Assembly: GCF_009914755.1 (NCBI RefSeq) | Contig: NC_060939.1 | Reading direction: 5' to 3' (one strand) | Length of the DNA: 64,000 nt | Source: the human T2T-CHM13v2.0 reference genome, Homo sapiens | Shown here: piece after piece, positions 14,591 through 29,298 of the stretch | How positions within the stretch are numbered: the first letter of the stretch is position 1 | How the letters are laid out: each line of letters starts with the position of its first letter | Position numbers and translations under genes: made by a program | The notes under the pieces: model-generated | Database searches by the model: none | The model's input: only the letters and a program-made list of their open reading frames with translations | Told to the model about the DNA's origin: nothing

Positions 14591-15486
14591 AAACAATTAT
14601 CCAAGGCCCTTAAGACTAGCAAGAAATCTACTGATTCTGGAATAAATAGTATTTACATAAAGTACCAGCTTTTGCTGAACTTCATGAGTAAACCCTCCAG
14701 ATCTTGAACATGAGTTAGAATAGGTATTTGCTTAGTTCCTTGGGCAAACAGCATAGAGAACACACAACAACTGTATATACTTAAGAGTTTCGGGCTGTTA
14801 GATGAGGTATCTCTATTTGAAGGCTACTGTGATACAAAATTTCCAAAGTGGCTTATTCAGTCTCTGACCTTACAGGTCAGACTAGCAGAAAAATCTTTGT
14901 ATGTAAAGTACGTAAGTGGATTATCCTTTAATCCATTCCAAACTTATATTCAGTTTAGTCGTTAAGTGAAAGATTTTTTTCATACATTAATAAGAAGTAG
15001 CCACTGTTTATGCTGACAGTAACCACTGTACAGAACAGTGTCAGAATTAATAGCCTTTAATGTGTAGTTCTAAGATGTTGATTTTTGTGAGAAGTCGGTA
15101 ATGTCTTTGATGTAATTTCAAACCAAAAAGCAGAAGGAAAAGTAACCAGTGAGTGAGTCCTATGGATCCAATTGTACTGATATGGCTGTATACAGTGATA
15201 CTTGTTATTGTTATTTTCTGACTTCTCTATTCCTTTTAAAAGAAGAACATGGCTGCATTTCATTTACAGGTAGCTTTTAAGGTTTATTGAACTCTTTGGC
15301 TGCTGGAAGATCTTAGAGACTTCACAAAGCAGATGTAGGATAAAGCCCAGTATGTGTGCATGTTTGTAACTCATATGGTTTTTAAAGGCTATATGGTTGA
15401 ATTATGTAAATGCCTTAGTCTGTCAATACAATAAACTCTGGCCCAGTGCCCAGGGTCTTAAGGCACTAAAGAATACAAGGTAATGA

Positions 15487-15997
15487 GGCCAGGCGTGATG
15501 GCTTATGCCTGTAATCCCAGTGCTTTGGGAGGCCGAGGCAGGCAGATCACTAGCTCAGAAGTTTGAGACCAGCCTGGCCAACATAGTGAAACCCCTTCTC
15601 TACTAAAAATACAAAAATTAGCCGGGCATGGTGGTGCACACCTGTACTGACAGACACTTTATAAAACTTTATTTATGAAAATAAATAAAGCTTTATTTAT
15701 GAAAATAGAAGTTTGCCAACCTGCACTAGATTTAAAGAAAAGGTAAATGTAGTTCCAGTGAAAAACAGACCTAAAGAGTTAAAAATAAAATTAAATACTT
15801 CTTAGTCCTGATTCTTGGTTTTATTAAGATCCACTACCTTGTATTCTCTTTTTTTTTTTTTTTTTTTTTTTTCTGAGACAGTCTCGCTCTGTTGCCCAGG
15901 CTGGAGTGCAGTGGCACGATCTCAGCTCACTGCATCCTCCACCTCCTGTACTCGGAAGGCTGAGGCAGGAAAATCACTTGAACCCAGGAGGTGGAGA
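15487..15997. mobile_element. Rearranged AluS: 5' part forward (15487-15646), 3' end with tail inverted (15849-15948), middle piece forward (15949-15997)
   Basis: The three pieces together make one Alu; the TSD copy is inverted (see findings). Confidence 0.85.
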
Positions 15998-16090
15998 GTT
16001 TATTGTATTACAGACACTTAACTTAAACTTAGATATATTTGTGCCAATCACCATTTTTTTTCCTGTTCCAACTTTCTGATAGAACCTAAA

Positions 16091-16388
16091 GCTGGGCCAT
16101 AGTGCCCAGCAGTTTGGGAGGCCAAGATGGGAGGAGTGTTTGAGCCTAGAAGTTCAAGACCAGCCTAGGCAACATAGCAAGACCCTGTCTCTACAGAAAA
16201 AAAAAAAAAAGAAAAGGAAAAAAAAAATTGGTCGTGGTAGTGTGTGCCTGTAGTACTAGGTACTCAGGAGGCTAAGGTTGGAGGGATGGCTTAAGCCTGG
16301 GAGTTTCAGGCTGTAGTGAGCTGTGATCACACCACTACACTCCAACCTGGGTAACAGAACAAGACCCTGTCCCCAAAAAAACAAAAAA
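16091..16388 (+). mobile_element. Alu (AluJ-like)
   Basis: Alu consensus; TSD-like gaacctaaag. Confidence 0.9.
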
Positions 16389-16591
16389 CAGAGGAACCTA
16401 AAGTTAAAGATAGTTGCTGGCAGCTTGGGAATCGGTTCCAACCCAAGTGTGACTGTGAAACCAATTCTTTTGAATCATGTGTCATGTTTCTGGTCTAAAC
16501 ATAAAACCTTCATACAAAAATTAAGAATATCTTCCATCCCTAGAAAATTCATTTTTTCAATGTTAATCCCTATGAATCTAAGTAAATTTTA

Positions 16592-16960
<369 letters not shown>

Positions 16961-17300
16961 AATAATAAGTAAGAACTAAGAAAACTTCAAGTTTTCTGAC
17001 TTGAGCTTGACAATTTTTTAAACTGTCAAACTCATCATTATTTGAAATCATGATTTTCAGTATCTTCTCCAGTAACACAAAAGATATTTTAAAATTTCAA
17101 AAATCAGTAACTTAAATGAGATTTAGAAAACTTATTTGCTACTAGTATGGGCTCCATCTAGTAGATTCCCAGTCAGGAGAATATGAATCCCTTCTGTCAA
17201 AATCAACAAATACATACTAAGTCCTTATCGTGAATGAAGAACTATTTTAGACTTTAGGGATTTAAATATGAATAAAATATGGACCCTGACTTCAAGATTC

Positions 17301-17598
17301 TTTTTTTTTTTTTTTTTAGAGACAGAGTATTGCTCAGTCGCTCAGGCTGGAGTACAGTGGTGCGATCTTGGCTCACTGCAACTTCCACCTCCCGGGTTCA
17401 AGCAAATCTCTGCCTCAGCCTCCTGAGTAGCTGGGATTGCAGGCATCTGCCACCACACCCAGCTAATTTTTTTGTAATTTTAGTAGAGACGGGTTTCACC
17501 ATCTTGGCCAGGCTGGTCTTGAACTCCTGACCTCGTGATCCACCCGCCTCAGCCTCCCAAAGTGCTGGGATTACAGTTGTGAGCCACCGCCCCTGGCC
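17301..17598 (-). mobile_element. Alu (AluS-like)
   Basis: Reverse Alu; TSD aagattctt. Confidence 0.95.
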
Positions 17599-17611
17599 AA
17601 GATTCTTATAG

Positions 17612-17963
<352 letters not shown>

Positions 17964-17985
17964 AAAGAAAGAACTTAAAAAAAAA

Positions 17986-18310
<325 letters not shown>

Positions 18311-18809
18311 TAATTGTTGTTCACCAGGCACATGATGTAGTATTTAGGAAATGCTTTTTGAATTAAAGGGATAAAAATAAGGACTACAAGGCCATTATTT
18401 TATGTATCTATAATAGGAAACATCACCTGTTAATGACTTCCTGCTCTAAGCTGTACTTTTTAACTTACTTCTCTGATTGTTCAAACCTTCAATATGTTAA
18501 CTGGCCTTCTTTGTATAAGAAACTGAATTATATGTCCCATTTCTCCCTTCAATTATGCAGTTAATTCCTAGTTACCAAAATAGGAGCATTTTACCAAAAC
18601 CAAAACAGAAAGCAGGAAAATTACAGGTAATTCAGCCATCAGCATTAATTCTACATTGTTTTAGGATGACCTAATTAAAAATATAGGGCCATGGTCCTCA
18701 CGCGAAAGAAAAGTATGGAAAACAACAATACAGGAATTATTTTTCTAAAGGAAATAAGTTACGGTTTCATTGACATAAATTTGAAACAGAGGACAGTCTT
18801 ATATTTCTC

Positions 18810-19508
18810 TTACTAGAATTCTCTTCAAGAATTTAACCATTCGTGGTCACCTGTGTAGCTATCATCTTTGTCTAAACCACCTTTACCTCTTTCTTAAATT
18901 ATGGCAACAGCTTTATAACTGGTCTTCCAGTTTTATTTTGTTTTTATTTTTAGACACAGGAACATCCTTTTAAAATCTAGGTCAGATCATATACTCCTCT
19001 GCTTAAAATCCTCCAGTAGCTTCCCTTATTATAAAACCAACATCTTTAAAATGGCTTATAAGACACCTGCCACCTTTCAGACTTCATCTTCTACCACTCT
19101 GCCCCTCCCTTACTTCACTCTAGCCATACTCTCCTTTTTACTGCTTCTTAAAGATGTCAAGCACACTCCTACCTCAGGGCCTTTGCATTTGCAGTTTATG
19201 GAACACACTTTCCCTCGTATCCAAATGGCTAGTTTTCTCTTTGATGTCATATCACACTGTCAATGAAGATCTTTTGTGACCATCCTATATAAAAGGGCAA
19301 CATACCCCTAGTACCTCCTCACTCTTTTCCTGATGTATTTTTCTCTACAGTACTTCATACAATCTGATATGGCCTAATTCGTTTATTCTTTATCTGTGTT
19401 ACCCAGGAGCAACATAATAAAGCAGGGATTTTATTTATGTTGTTTATTGCACCTGCAGCACAGAGGTGCATAACAGATACTTAATAACTATTTGTTGAAT
19501 AAATGAAC
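18810..19508 (+). mobile_element. L2 LINE 3' portion
   Basis: gtcagatcat...ctcctctgcttaaaatcctccagtagcttccc, acctcagggcctttgcatttgc and the terminal tatttgttgaataaatgaa L2 tail. Confidence 0.8.
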
Positions 19509-20551
19509 AAAGGCAAATGATTAGCAATACAGCCATAGCTCTTCTTTCTAGACCATGCTTAGCTGACTCAGACAAGGTATGAGCTACATACTAGATAATC
19601 TAAATTATCTTCAGGAGAAAGATAGCTACATAACTGTATGTTTTAACTCACTGTATTATAAAACATCTAACATGCTTAAACTTTGTAAACACTTTTCAGG
19701 GAGGAAAAGAGAGAGCTCCAGGTTTTCATCAGAAAACTAAAAGTCTTTTCAGCAGCAAAGAACACTGTAGTTATTTCTATTTACATGGACAGTGTGCCCC
19801 TTGGTTAGATAGGAATTATTAGATAGGAATTAGATGAGAGCTAGGAAGTCATGCATTTGTTTTCCAATGTGAGGTCTTAGCATTAGAGTATCGTGTTCTT
19901 TTATTCATATAATCTTTATTCCCATTTTAACAACAGTAATACAGTTTGAACCTTTTTTATATAACAACCATTTCAGTCTGAAATCACCAGTGTTATGGCA
20001 AGGAAGCGTCCTCAAGATCGCGCACCTATAAAGTTACTGTAGTGTTGCCACCCGTTTTTCACTCTTTACTCCCTTACTTTATCCTGTAAACTTTCCAACC
20101 TACATACTCACTACAGCCACATTTGTGTATAATAGTCCTGTTTACTGCTCTACTAAATTCTCCAGCCAAAAGGAGCAAAGAAACAAGTCATAGATGGGCA
20201 CTGCATCTTTATTACAGAATAGTGCAGGAGCCTCAGCCCACTTACTTAAGATGAGCTCCCATATTGACTCCTTAACTCTGTGTTGCGTGCTAAAATTATA
20301 ACAAAGCCATCCCTGGAGGAGATTGTATATTATTTGAAGGGCATAGCCATAAATGTTTTGTTTTCCAGGTGATGCTGTATTCACCATGAAATATCTGACT
20401 TGTAGATTAACTTGCACATTATTGAGAAACCAAAATTGTTATTGAGTAAATTAAACAATGACAAAGTTAGGTAAGAGTTGTTATCTATCGGTAGGATGTC
20501 ACTGCTTTTCTTTATTTTGTTTTACTATTTTGTTCAAGATAAAGTTGATAG

Positions 20552-20703
20552 GGCAGGGAGCAGGGAGCAGTGGCCCACGCTTCTAATACTAGCACTTTGG
20601 GAGGCTGAGGTGGGAGGATTGCTTGAGCCCAAGAGTTCAAGACCAGGCTGGGCAACAAAGTGAGACCTTGTGTCAATTATACTTTAAAAATAAAAAGAAA
20701 AAA
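20552..20703 (+). mobile_element. Alu monomer (FLAM / left arm)
   Basis: Single-arm Alu with A-rich tail. Confidence 0.8.
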
Positions 20704-20947
20704 GAAAGATTATGGTTTTAAATGAACATATTACTAGGCAATGGAGTTATATATAACTAGCCTTTTAGATACTTCATTTGCTGGCATAAATGTTATTAGA
20801 ATACAAAGCTTTTGGACTCTTGTCTTAGAACTGAGAAGTTGTAATTATGTTTTCAAATTCCTTTTTTGGTTCAGCCTTTCATTTCCTGTGAGGGTTTAGA
20901 CTTTTAATTATGCCTCTTGCAGGTATGATTATAAAAATACAATTTAA

Positions 20948-21304
<357 letters not shown>

Positions 21305-21547
21305 TCATCTATGCCAGTGGATCACAGCTTGAATCTTGAATCTTGAATACAACAAGATTCAAAATACATCAGAAAAACCTAACAAATTCTGTGGATTCTA
21401 TACTTTACCAAAATAAAATGGTAATTAAACATCAGGTTTCTTTCACTGGAATTATTTCAACTCAGTATGGCAATGCTTCATTTACCTTTTAATCTGAAGT
21501 TCTGAACTGCAGTTACATGGCTTTGAGTTTTCTTTTTTGCTTTTGTT

Positions 21548-21845
<298 letters not shown>

Positions 21846-24800
21846 TGATTTTTCCTTTTAAGAGAGAAAAATATTTATCATAATGGAATTTTAAAAAAAG
21901 AGTCTGAGAGACAAAAATCTTTCAAAATAGGAATTCAGAGTTTTGGGGTGGAGTGCATAATAAAATGTTTTATTAGTGGTGAAATGGCTAGGAAGTCTTT
22001 GGCCTAGTTTAATGGTTTAATGCCTGCATTTTACAGAAATGGAAAATTAGGCTCAGGGAGAGTCAACGACCTACCCTAAGCTCTCTTGCCTCCTGAGAGG
22101 CAGAGCTGAAACCTGGATCCCTGTCTCCTGACTCCCAGTTTAGTGCTCTTTCGCGTTACATGATATAACTCCACAGTTTTCTGGGACCTGAGTAGCCCAT
22201 CTTATATTACATAGAATACTAATGAATGATAGGGAGAATACTTCTGCCCTACTGCATACACATGTGCTACTGCTACATAGAACAAGTAGCTTAACAAATT
22301 TCTTCCAAGTTTTATATCTGTTTCCCAGTGTCTGTTTAGGGACACTTGTCATTGTTAGGAATAGTGAAGCATAACCAAATACTGGTCAAGCACTGCTTGT
22401 TTTGCGTTGTTCTTTGTTGAAAATGTATGACTGACACCATTTCCCATCTTTTTCCCTGTTGATGTCACTCTTCTTAGATGTCTTTTCAAAGTGAAGTATT
22501 TTTTGGCTTTTGTTAAGAATGGTCACCAGAATTTACTAATAAGAAACCATTCTTAAAAGATACGTCTTTTCATAAATTCAAGATCTGTATGATTTCTTCC
22601 AGTGAATATAGCAAAAATTAGCTTTGCTTTTTTACTTTATTATCACAAATGTGAGGGAGGATGTTTTGGTAGACTCAACATTTATTTAGAGGCAAGAAGT
22701 ATTAAAAAATTACTACCACTAGCAAGAATTTTTACTGAAACAAAAATATAGATTGGGGACCAAAAAATAACTTAATGTATAAGTTACTTACAGCTTTGGA
22801 TTGCAGATTTTTGAAATGGTTCTGGGCTAAGATGCAGATGTTAACTTCTGGTCTTTTAAAAAATGAATTTAAAATAGAATAGAATATCTTGGTGCTGTTC
22901 CATTTCTCATAAATTGAAAGGATCTGATGTCTTCCAGTTCAGAAGAAAAAAAAATCGCACAGGCCAAAAGAAGAAACAAAAAAACGGGTGGCACTTTCTT
23001 TAAGAGACAGCTAATTTGACCCAAGACATCATGTTCACAAAAATTATTTAGCTTTACAGATGATTTTGAATGATAGCTTTGTTTGCCTACAGTTTTGTTT
23101 TGTTGTTAGATTGCCTAACGAGTCAATAGCGCAAAGCCTTGTGTCAGTCTTGAAAGCTCTTCAGAAGTGCTGGTTTCTTAAGGAATTTAAAAACCTGAGG
23201 GTCATCCTCATTGTTTTTTTTAATGTGTGCATACACACACCATTAGGCAGTCCTTTGATTATGGAGCCATCTGCAGGAAAATTATCAAGTTGCAACATAG
23301 TTAATGATTCTCTTACTGTGTTACTTCAAGTGGTAAATGAGAAGTGACAAACTGCAATTCACGTAGGGAAGGAAAGGGGAAAGAAAGGGACAGCCAAGAG
23401 ATGCAGGGGCAGGGGGACCCCCCCTCTTTAATTTTTCAAAGAAAACTGCTTTGTCGTTGTGAGTTTGTGATCAAAAGAAACGTGCAATTTGCTTCAGATT
23501 TTACATATTCTCAGTAATTATATAGTTCTGTCTCATTTGAAGGGTTATCTAATGATTGCCTTTTAGAAGCTTTGTATGATCTGTCAGTTCTGTTCATGTT
23601 GATGTCGGAGGGATACAATTTATTCACCTCAGAAAGAGATTTATTTGCTTTCTTCTCCAGGAGGTATGGCTGTTTTTACATATCCTCATTATAGTCGTAT
23701 GGTTGTCAAAAGGAAATTAATTGTTCTTTTGCCTTAAAAATGCAGTTTACAGAGGTGATTGTTTCCATTGGCTATATAGGTAGGTGTTTTCTGTTTTGTT
23801 AATCATTAAGCATTTCTAAAACTCAATTTAGACTTGAGATATTTGTAAAGAAACAGTATGACATCTGATATCCTGTATCTGAGACAGACGCTATTTTATG
23901 AATTTTAGCATGTGTCTTTACATTGTGTTGAGAAGTGTATATTTATATGTGTTGATATCCAAATAAGTTATTTACCAGTACTCAGACTAATCTTTAATAT
24001 CCACTGGTTATTGGTTTGGTTAAGATTTTGGTAATCACAATTGAGGCTTAATTGGAACAGTTTTTTTCATGGAGTGCCACTTGAGTAAAGATCACAAAAA
24101 TCAAGTCTTTGATTTTTAAGATTTTCATACAGTGGAAAGATAGTAATTAGAAGGCTTTTTACTGATAGACTGGGTTATCAGCAAGATGGGAGTGATTGTT
24201 GAATTAAAAGATGCACTATTGATTTTAGATCAATAACACTATTAACTTTAAATAATATGCATTGAATGCTAGTGGATTGGTTTGAAAATGATGCATTATT
24301 TCACTGGAGTTTTATATTCTTGATTTCTTTCTTGCAGAAGTAAATTTTCTAAAATGTGAGGATATTAGAAAAACCAGAATAACAACTTTCTGAACATATT
24401 TACAAAGTAGCATATACTACCAGAGAAGTCTGCAATATAATGTTCAGATATAAAACCTGGAATTTTGATGTCTGACTTAATTAGCAAGGCTAACTAAAAT
24501 ACTGCACATTTGAGAGACAGCATTCACTCACATGTCATCTCTTTACAAGGTAGATGAGGAAGAAGAGGCATTGGGGAAGGTTCTTTTGCTTTGAATTTGT
24601 TCAGTTGCAGATTCTCTCACTATCCTCTTAAATCTATCCTCACCCCTACCTCCCTTGCAGCCAATAATTTATTACTTACCGAGTTCATCCTTTAGGAAAA
24701 TATAGTGTTCATTCGTGGAGTTATTCATGTGTCAGCTTTTAAGTTTGGCTTCATTTATTACTCTGAAAGTCTGTTTTCCAAGATTTGATTCACTTAGAAA

Positions 24801-26516
24801 TAATGTTGAAACTTTTCGTGAGGAATATTATGAGTGGGTTTTAGGTTTACTTTTCCAGCCAGATCTTCTGGCTTTTGGGACAGTGGAATGTTGCCTGTTT
24901 GTTTTAGAAGAATATACAGTAAGATTAACCACTAACTGGCCTATGTTAACTAATTCAAGATACATAATTCACTTCAATTAAAAATTTTCTTTCCAAAACT
25001 ATTTAGAATTTTGTGTTACCTTTAGAAACATTCTTGCTTACGGATCATTTAAAAATAGCTATAACTGTTGTAGTGATCCAAATATCAGGATAAAAATGAG
25101 CTAATAAAGTAGATAAAAATACTGCGTGGATAACTCTAAGAAATTTTATATAGCTCTCCAAGGAAGATCTGTTTCCCAATCAACAGAAAAGTAAGATGGA
25201 AGAGGGAAATTTTGCCTGGAAGCCTGGAATTTAAACTGAAGTTTCCAGAGAGCTCTTACTTGGTAGACTTTTTGAAAACATCTTTTCCTATATCGTCAGT
25301 AAAGAAGTAACTTGTTTAGGCAAAGCACGTTATGGCTTTTTCTTGCCTAGTTTAGGTCTGTGCTTAATGACTACTGGAATAGCAGCAAACATAACATCCT
25401 GATAACATTTGGGAGGAAAAGCCATATTTGAAAATTGGTGAAATGCAATAATCTTTAAACCAGGAATCATCAGTTTGCTAATAAAAGGTATATGGCTCCA
25501 AGTTACGTATTTTGTCAGGGTCCTCTGGCATTTTCACTAGTCATTTTGCTAGTGTGTACAATGATTCCTATCTTGCTGTAAAACTTGGTGATTTTTTTAT
25601 ATTGTTGAACTAGGTGACATGAATATTGAGTCAGATCACATAATCTTAGAGTAACACATAAGTGATTATGTAGCGTTGTGGGTGGAAACAATTCTGGATA
25701 AAAAGTGCATGACAGTTCAGAACTACTGTGCAGGCAGCCTGTCTGAAATCAGGTTTAAAAATTGGCCCTGTCTCCAGCTGACTCGTTTTGTCAGACTGAG
25801 TCATAGGATTAACCCTTGACATGTTCCTTTAAAAAAAAAAAAAAAAAAAGCAAAGATTAAACAACTGCATTTACTAAAGCAGCACTTGATCCATCTATAT
25901 GCATTTTTTTCCTGTAATATGATTCTCCTTAGGACAAGAAATTGTGCTACAGCTGTTGCATAGATTAAATTAATTTTTAAAAAATTGGGAGCAGAGAAAA
26001 AAAGATTTTATTATACAAGATAATTTATAATGGCAATCAAGCAATGACCATCTACATCAAACAGTTTTAGTTTTTTGGGGGGTAAGGCAGACTTCAAGAA
26101 AAATGCTGTTTTGGAGCGACAAACTTAAAAGACTTTTCCATAGCATACAAGTAGAATATAGGGGCATTTTATGTAGATTACCACCAGTTTTGTTGATGAT
26201 TTACTGTTTTTGAAGAATGAGATTTTAATATCATATAATTATAGATACAGGCATAGAGTTTTGTTGTTGTTGTTTTTTTAAGTTTTTATATCTATGCTCA
26301 ATTTAGGCAGTAGTGTATACCAAGTGACTACGGTTTGTATTGGCAGGGGAGGTCTTACCTACACATGTACGAGTTTTATATTTATGTTTTTTAGGAGAAC
26401 AATGAAAAGTAGAAGCAAAAGCTTTTAATTAGTTACTCAACTCTCTTTACAAATTATGTTTCACATTCAGGTTTCATGTTTAACACTAAATCTTACTTAG
26501 GTGTTTAATAAACTGA

Positions 26517-26556
26517 TTAGGTTTGTGCAAAAGTAACTGTGTTTTTTTCCATTAAA
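26517..26556. mobile_element. Half MADE1 (Hsmar1 mariner MITE; one terminal inverted repeat)
   Basis: ttaggtttgtgcaaaagtaactgtgtttttttccattaaa versus consensus ttaggttggtgcaaaagtaattgcggtttttgccatt. Confidence 0.7.
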
Positions 26557-28199
26557 GAAATTTGATTATACTATTTGGCTTTTACAGTGAATTTCTTTTT
26601 TATCTGAATGTATGTTTATTCTCTTCAGATTATCATATAATTGCCTCTAAAATAAAGAACTGGTGTTAAAATATTAAAATTTTCATTGTGCTTTAATAAC
26701 CAAGGTTGCTTAGTTGGGTTTACATTATGATGTTTGTTTTATCAAACAACATAGTAAGTACCCTCTCTGTTTTCTGCCCGGCATCAGGGAAATGGGCTTA
26801 ACTGTCATAGGTGGATGTTTTTTAACCAATATAAGAAAGTTTTCTCAGATTGAAGCGATGATTATAAAAATGTTGAAGTATTGTCAGTGCTTTGTGGCTC
26901 CCCTCTTCTCCCTATTCCTCCTCAATTTCTATTGAAAAGTAAGTGTTATTTTTAATAATTAATAGAAAAAGAAAATTTTGATTCGATTTTGTTTGATTTT
27001 CCTTTTTTTTTGTTTTGAGAGTAGCCGATCTGTCAGTAGAGAAAGACTGTGTATGGAAGACTAAAATTTACTTGAATGGTTTTAAGGCATGCTATTGTTA
27101 ATTGTGAATCAAAGCTTTTTACACAGTTCTCCAAGGATTGAAATGGGTCTTTGTGGTCTCTCAGGAGGGAGGAAGTTACAAACCACTCCGCAGACTGGCA
27201 TTTTAATAGTCTGCTGTACAGCGATGTTCTTTTGCAGCTGCTGCTTAGCCTTTTCTATATCTGGAGAGTGTGGGGAGGTTTTATTGTTGTTCCAATACTA
27301 TCAGCTTTTAAAACATTGTGAAGTTAGTTGCCCTTATTGTCTGATTTAGTTTCGTTACTATAATTTGATCAATATGTTAGTAAAAATGAGGTTGGGGGGA
27401 TAGGGGGTCCCTTATAGTATATTCCTAGAATATTTCACAGAGGATTTCTGCTTCATGAAAGGTACCTTTAAAAAAAGTGATGTGCCCCCTTTTGCAGCTT
27501 GTGAGCTCTCCTCTGATTAATACAATCCCGTTAGAACCTACAAGGCATAGAGGGAAGGATAGTACAAAGAAGTTTTGATGAAGGGAAATGACACAAAAAG
27601 GGAAAGTTGCTATTCTGTTTTTCCAGGTTGTAATTACAGCAAACGATTGATTGGAAAACATTTAAATAGCAAAACGTGTCTGTGTAAGAGACACATGTTT
27701 TTGTAGACAACTTTTAAAACCTTTTGACTTCGAAGTATGAGTTAGAAATGTCTGTAAGACATTTATTCCCACACTTCTTATTTTTCCTTTCTGAGAAATG
27801 TGAGCATTAGCATAAAAATATGAATATACAAAGTATTAAGAACAATAATAAACTTAGAGGAAAGACTTATAGGAAACTGTTTAGTTTATTCTCTCATACT
27901 TTATATGAAAGATGTGTGAATTTTTTTTAAGAACAGTCCTATTGCAGGACATTATAAACTTTTGATTGGTGTTGTGTATGAAGAATTCAAGGAGCTTTAT
28001 AACTGAAAATCTGTATTATTAAGTGTTTCCATTTTAAAAACAGGTAATTTAGTTTCAAGATAATCTATCTGATTTTTGGACTAAGCTTTTTAATAAAATG
28101 TGTTCCTTTCAGTTTTCCTCAACATAATTTTTGTAGCTTAAAGTATGGTTTGTTCTAGCTAGTTAAGAGGTATTTGCATGATGGTCTGCTTTCTCCAGG

Positions 28200-28788
28200 A
28201 AGTGATTTTGTACAAGATTTAACTGTCTAGATCCTTCTTGTTACACATGATTCAGTGTTTCCAATTCCTGATTACTTGATCATGTGTTTATCAAAGTTGA
28301 AGCAACTTTAGACCATGGCAGATGGTAACGCTGGAGGTGTAGCAAGCTAGGTTTCTCTGCCACAAGTGCTCTAATTTAATTAAAACTAAAAACAGATTAG
28401 CAGAAAATCTGTCAGTATGCCTTCCTTTTGTGTGTGTATATATGTATATATGAGACAAATCTAATAATTTCTTGGGTTATTTTTATTCAGGGCATATTTA
28501 TTTAGCGCTTAAAAGTGACTTGCATTTTTTTAATACCTCAAATTTTGTCTTATTGGTATCCTCCACCAATGCAAGGACTTGATGGAAATTGAAAGAGGTT
28601 ACTTACAGCATAAACCCTCCCTCTGTGCTCTGTGAGTTGGTTCAGTCCTATTTTGCATAAGTTCCTTTTGAGTAGATCCATGTGTGAATGCATAGTACTG
28701 AAGACTTACTCCCTTTGCCTGTGTGGATATATGTCTTGGAGAGAGGCTGTGTGCATTAGCTACAAATAGTAACATTTTCAAAATCAAC
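28200..28788 (+). promoter_or_regulatory. TCF12: Probable internal promoter / 5' UTR of HEBAlt
   Basis: Repeat-free sequence directly upstream of the Alt ATG; E-box CAGATG at 28319; TATA-like GCATAAA near 28608; the TSS cannot be located from sequence. Confidence 0.55.
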
Positions 28789-28857
28789 ATGTATTGTGCT
28801 TATCCTGTCCCTGGAATGGGCAGCAATTCTTTGATGTATTACTACAATGGGAAAACG
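28789..28857 (+). CDS. TCF12: Coding part of the HEBAlt alternative first exon (Alt domain MYCAYPVPGMGSNSLMYYYNGKT), splicing to exon 9
   Basis: ATG in aacATG context, 23 codons, then ACG|gtaagc donor in phase 0 matching exon 9; homologous to the TCF4-A/E2-2Alt N-terminus; too short for the ORF track. Confidence 0.95.
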
Positions 28858-28899
28858 GTAAGCCTTTTTCTTTGTATAGCTTCTAACTCACTTGTTTAA

Positions 28900-29298
<399 letters not shown>

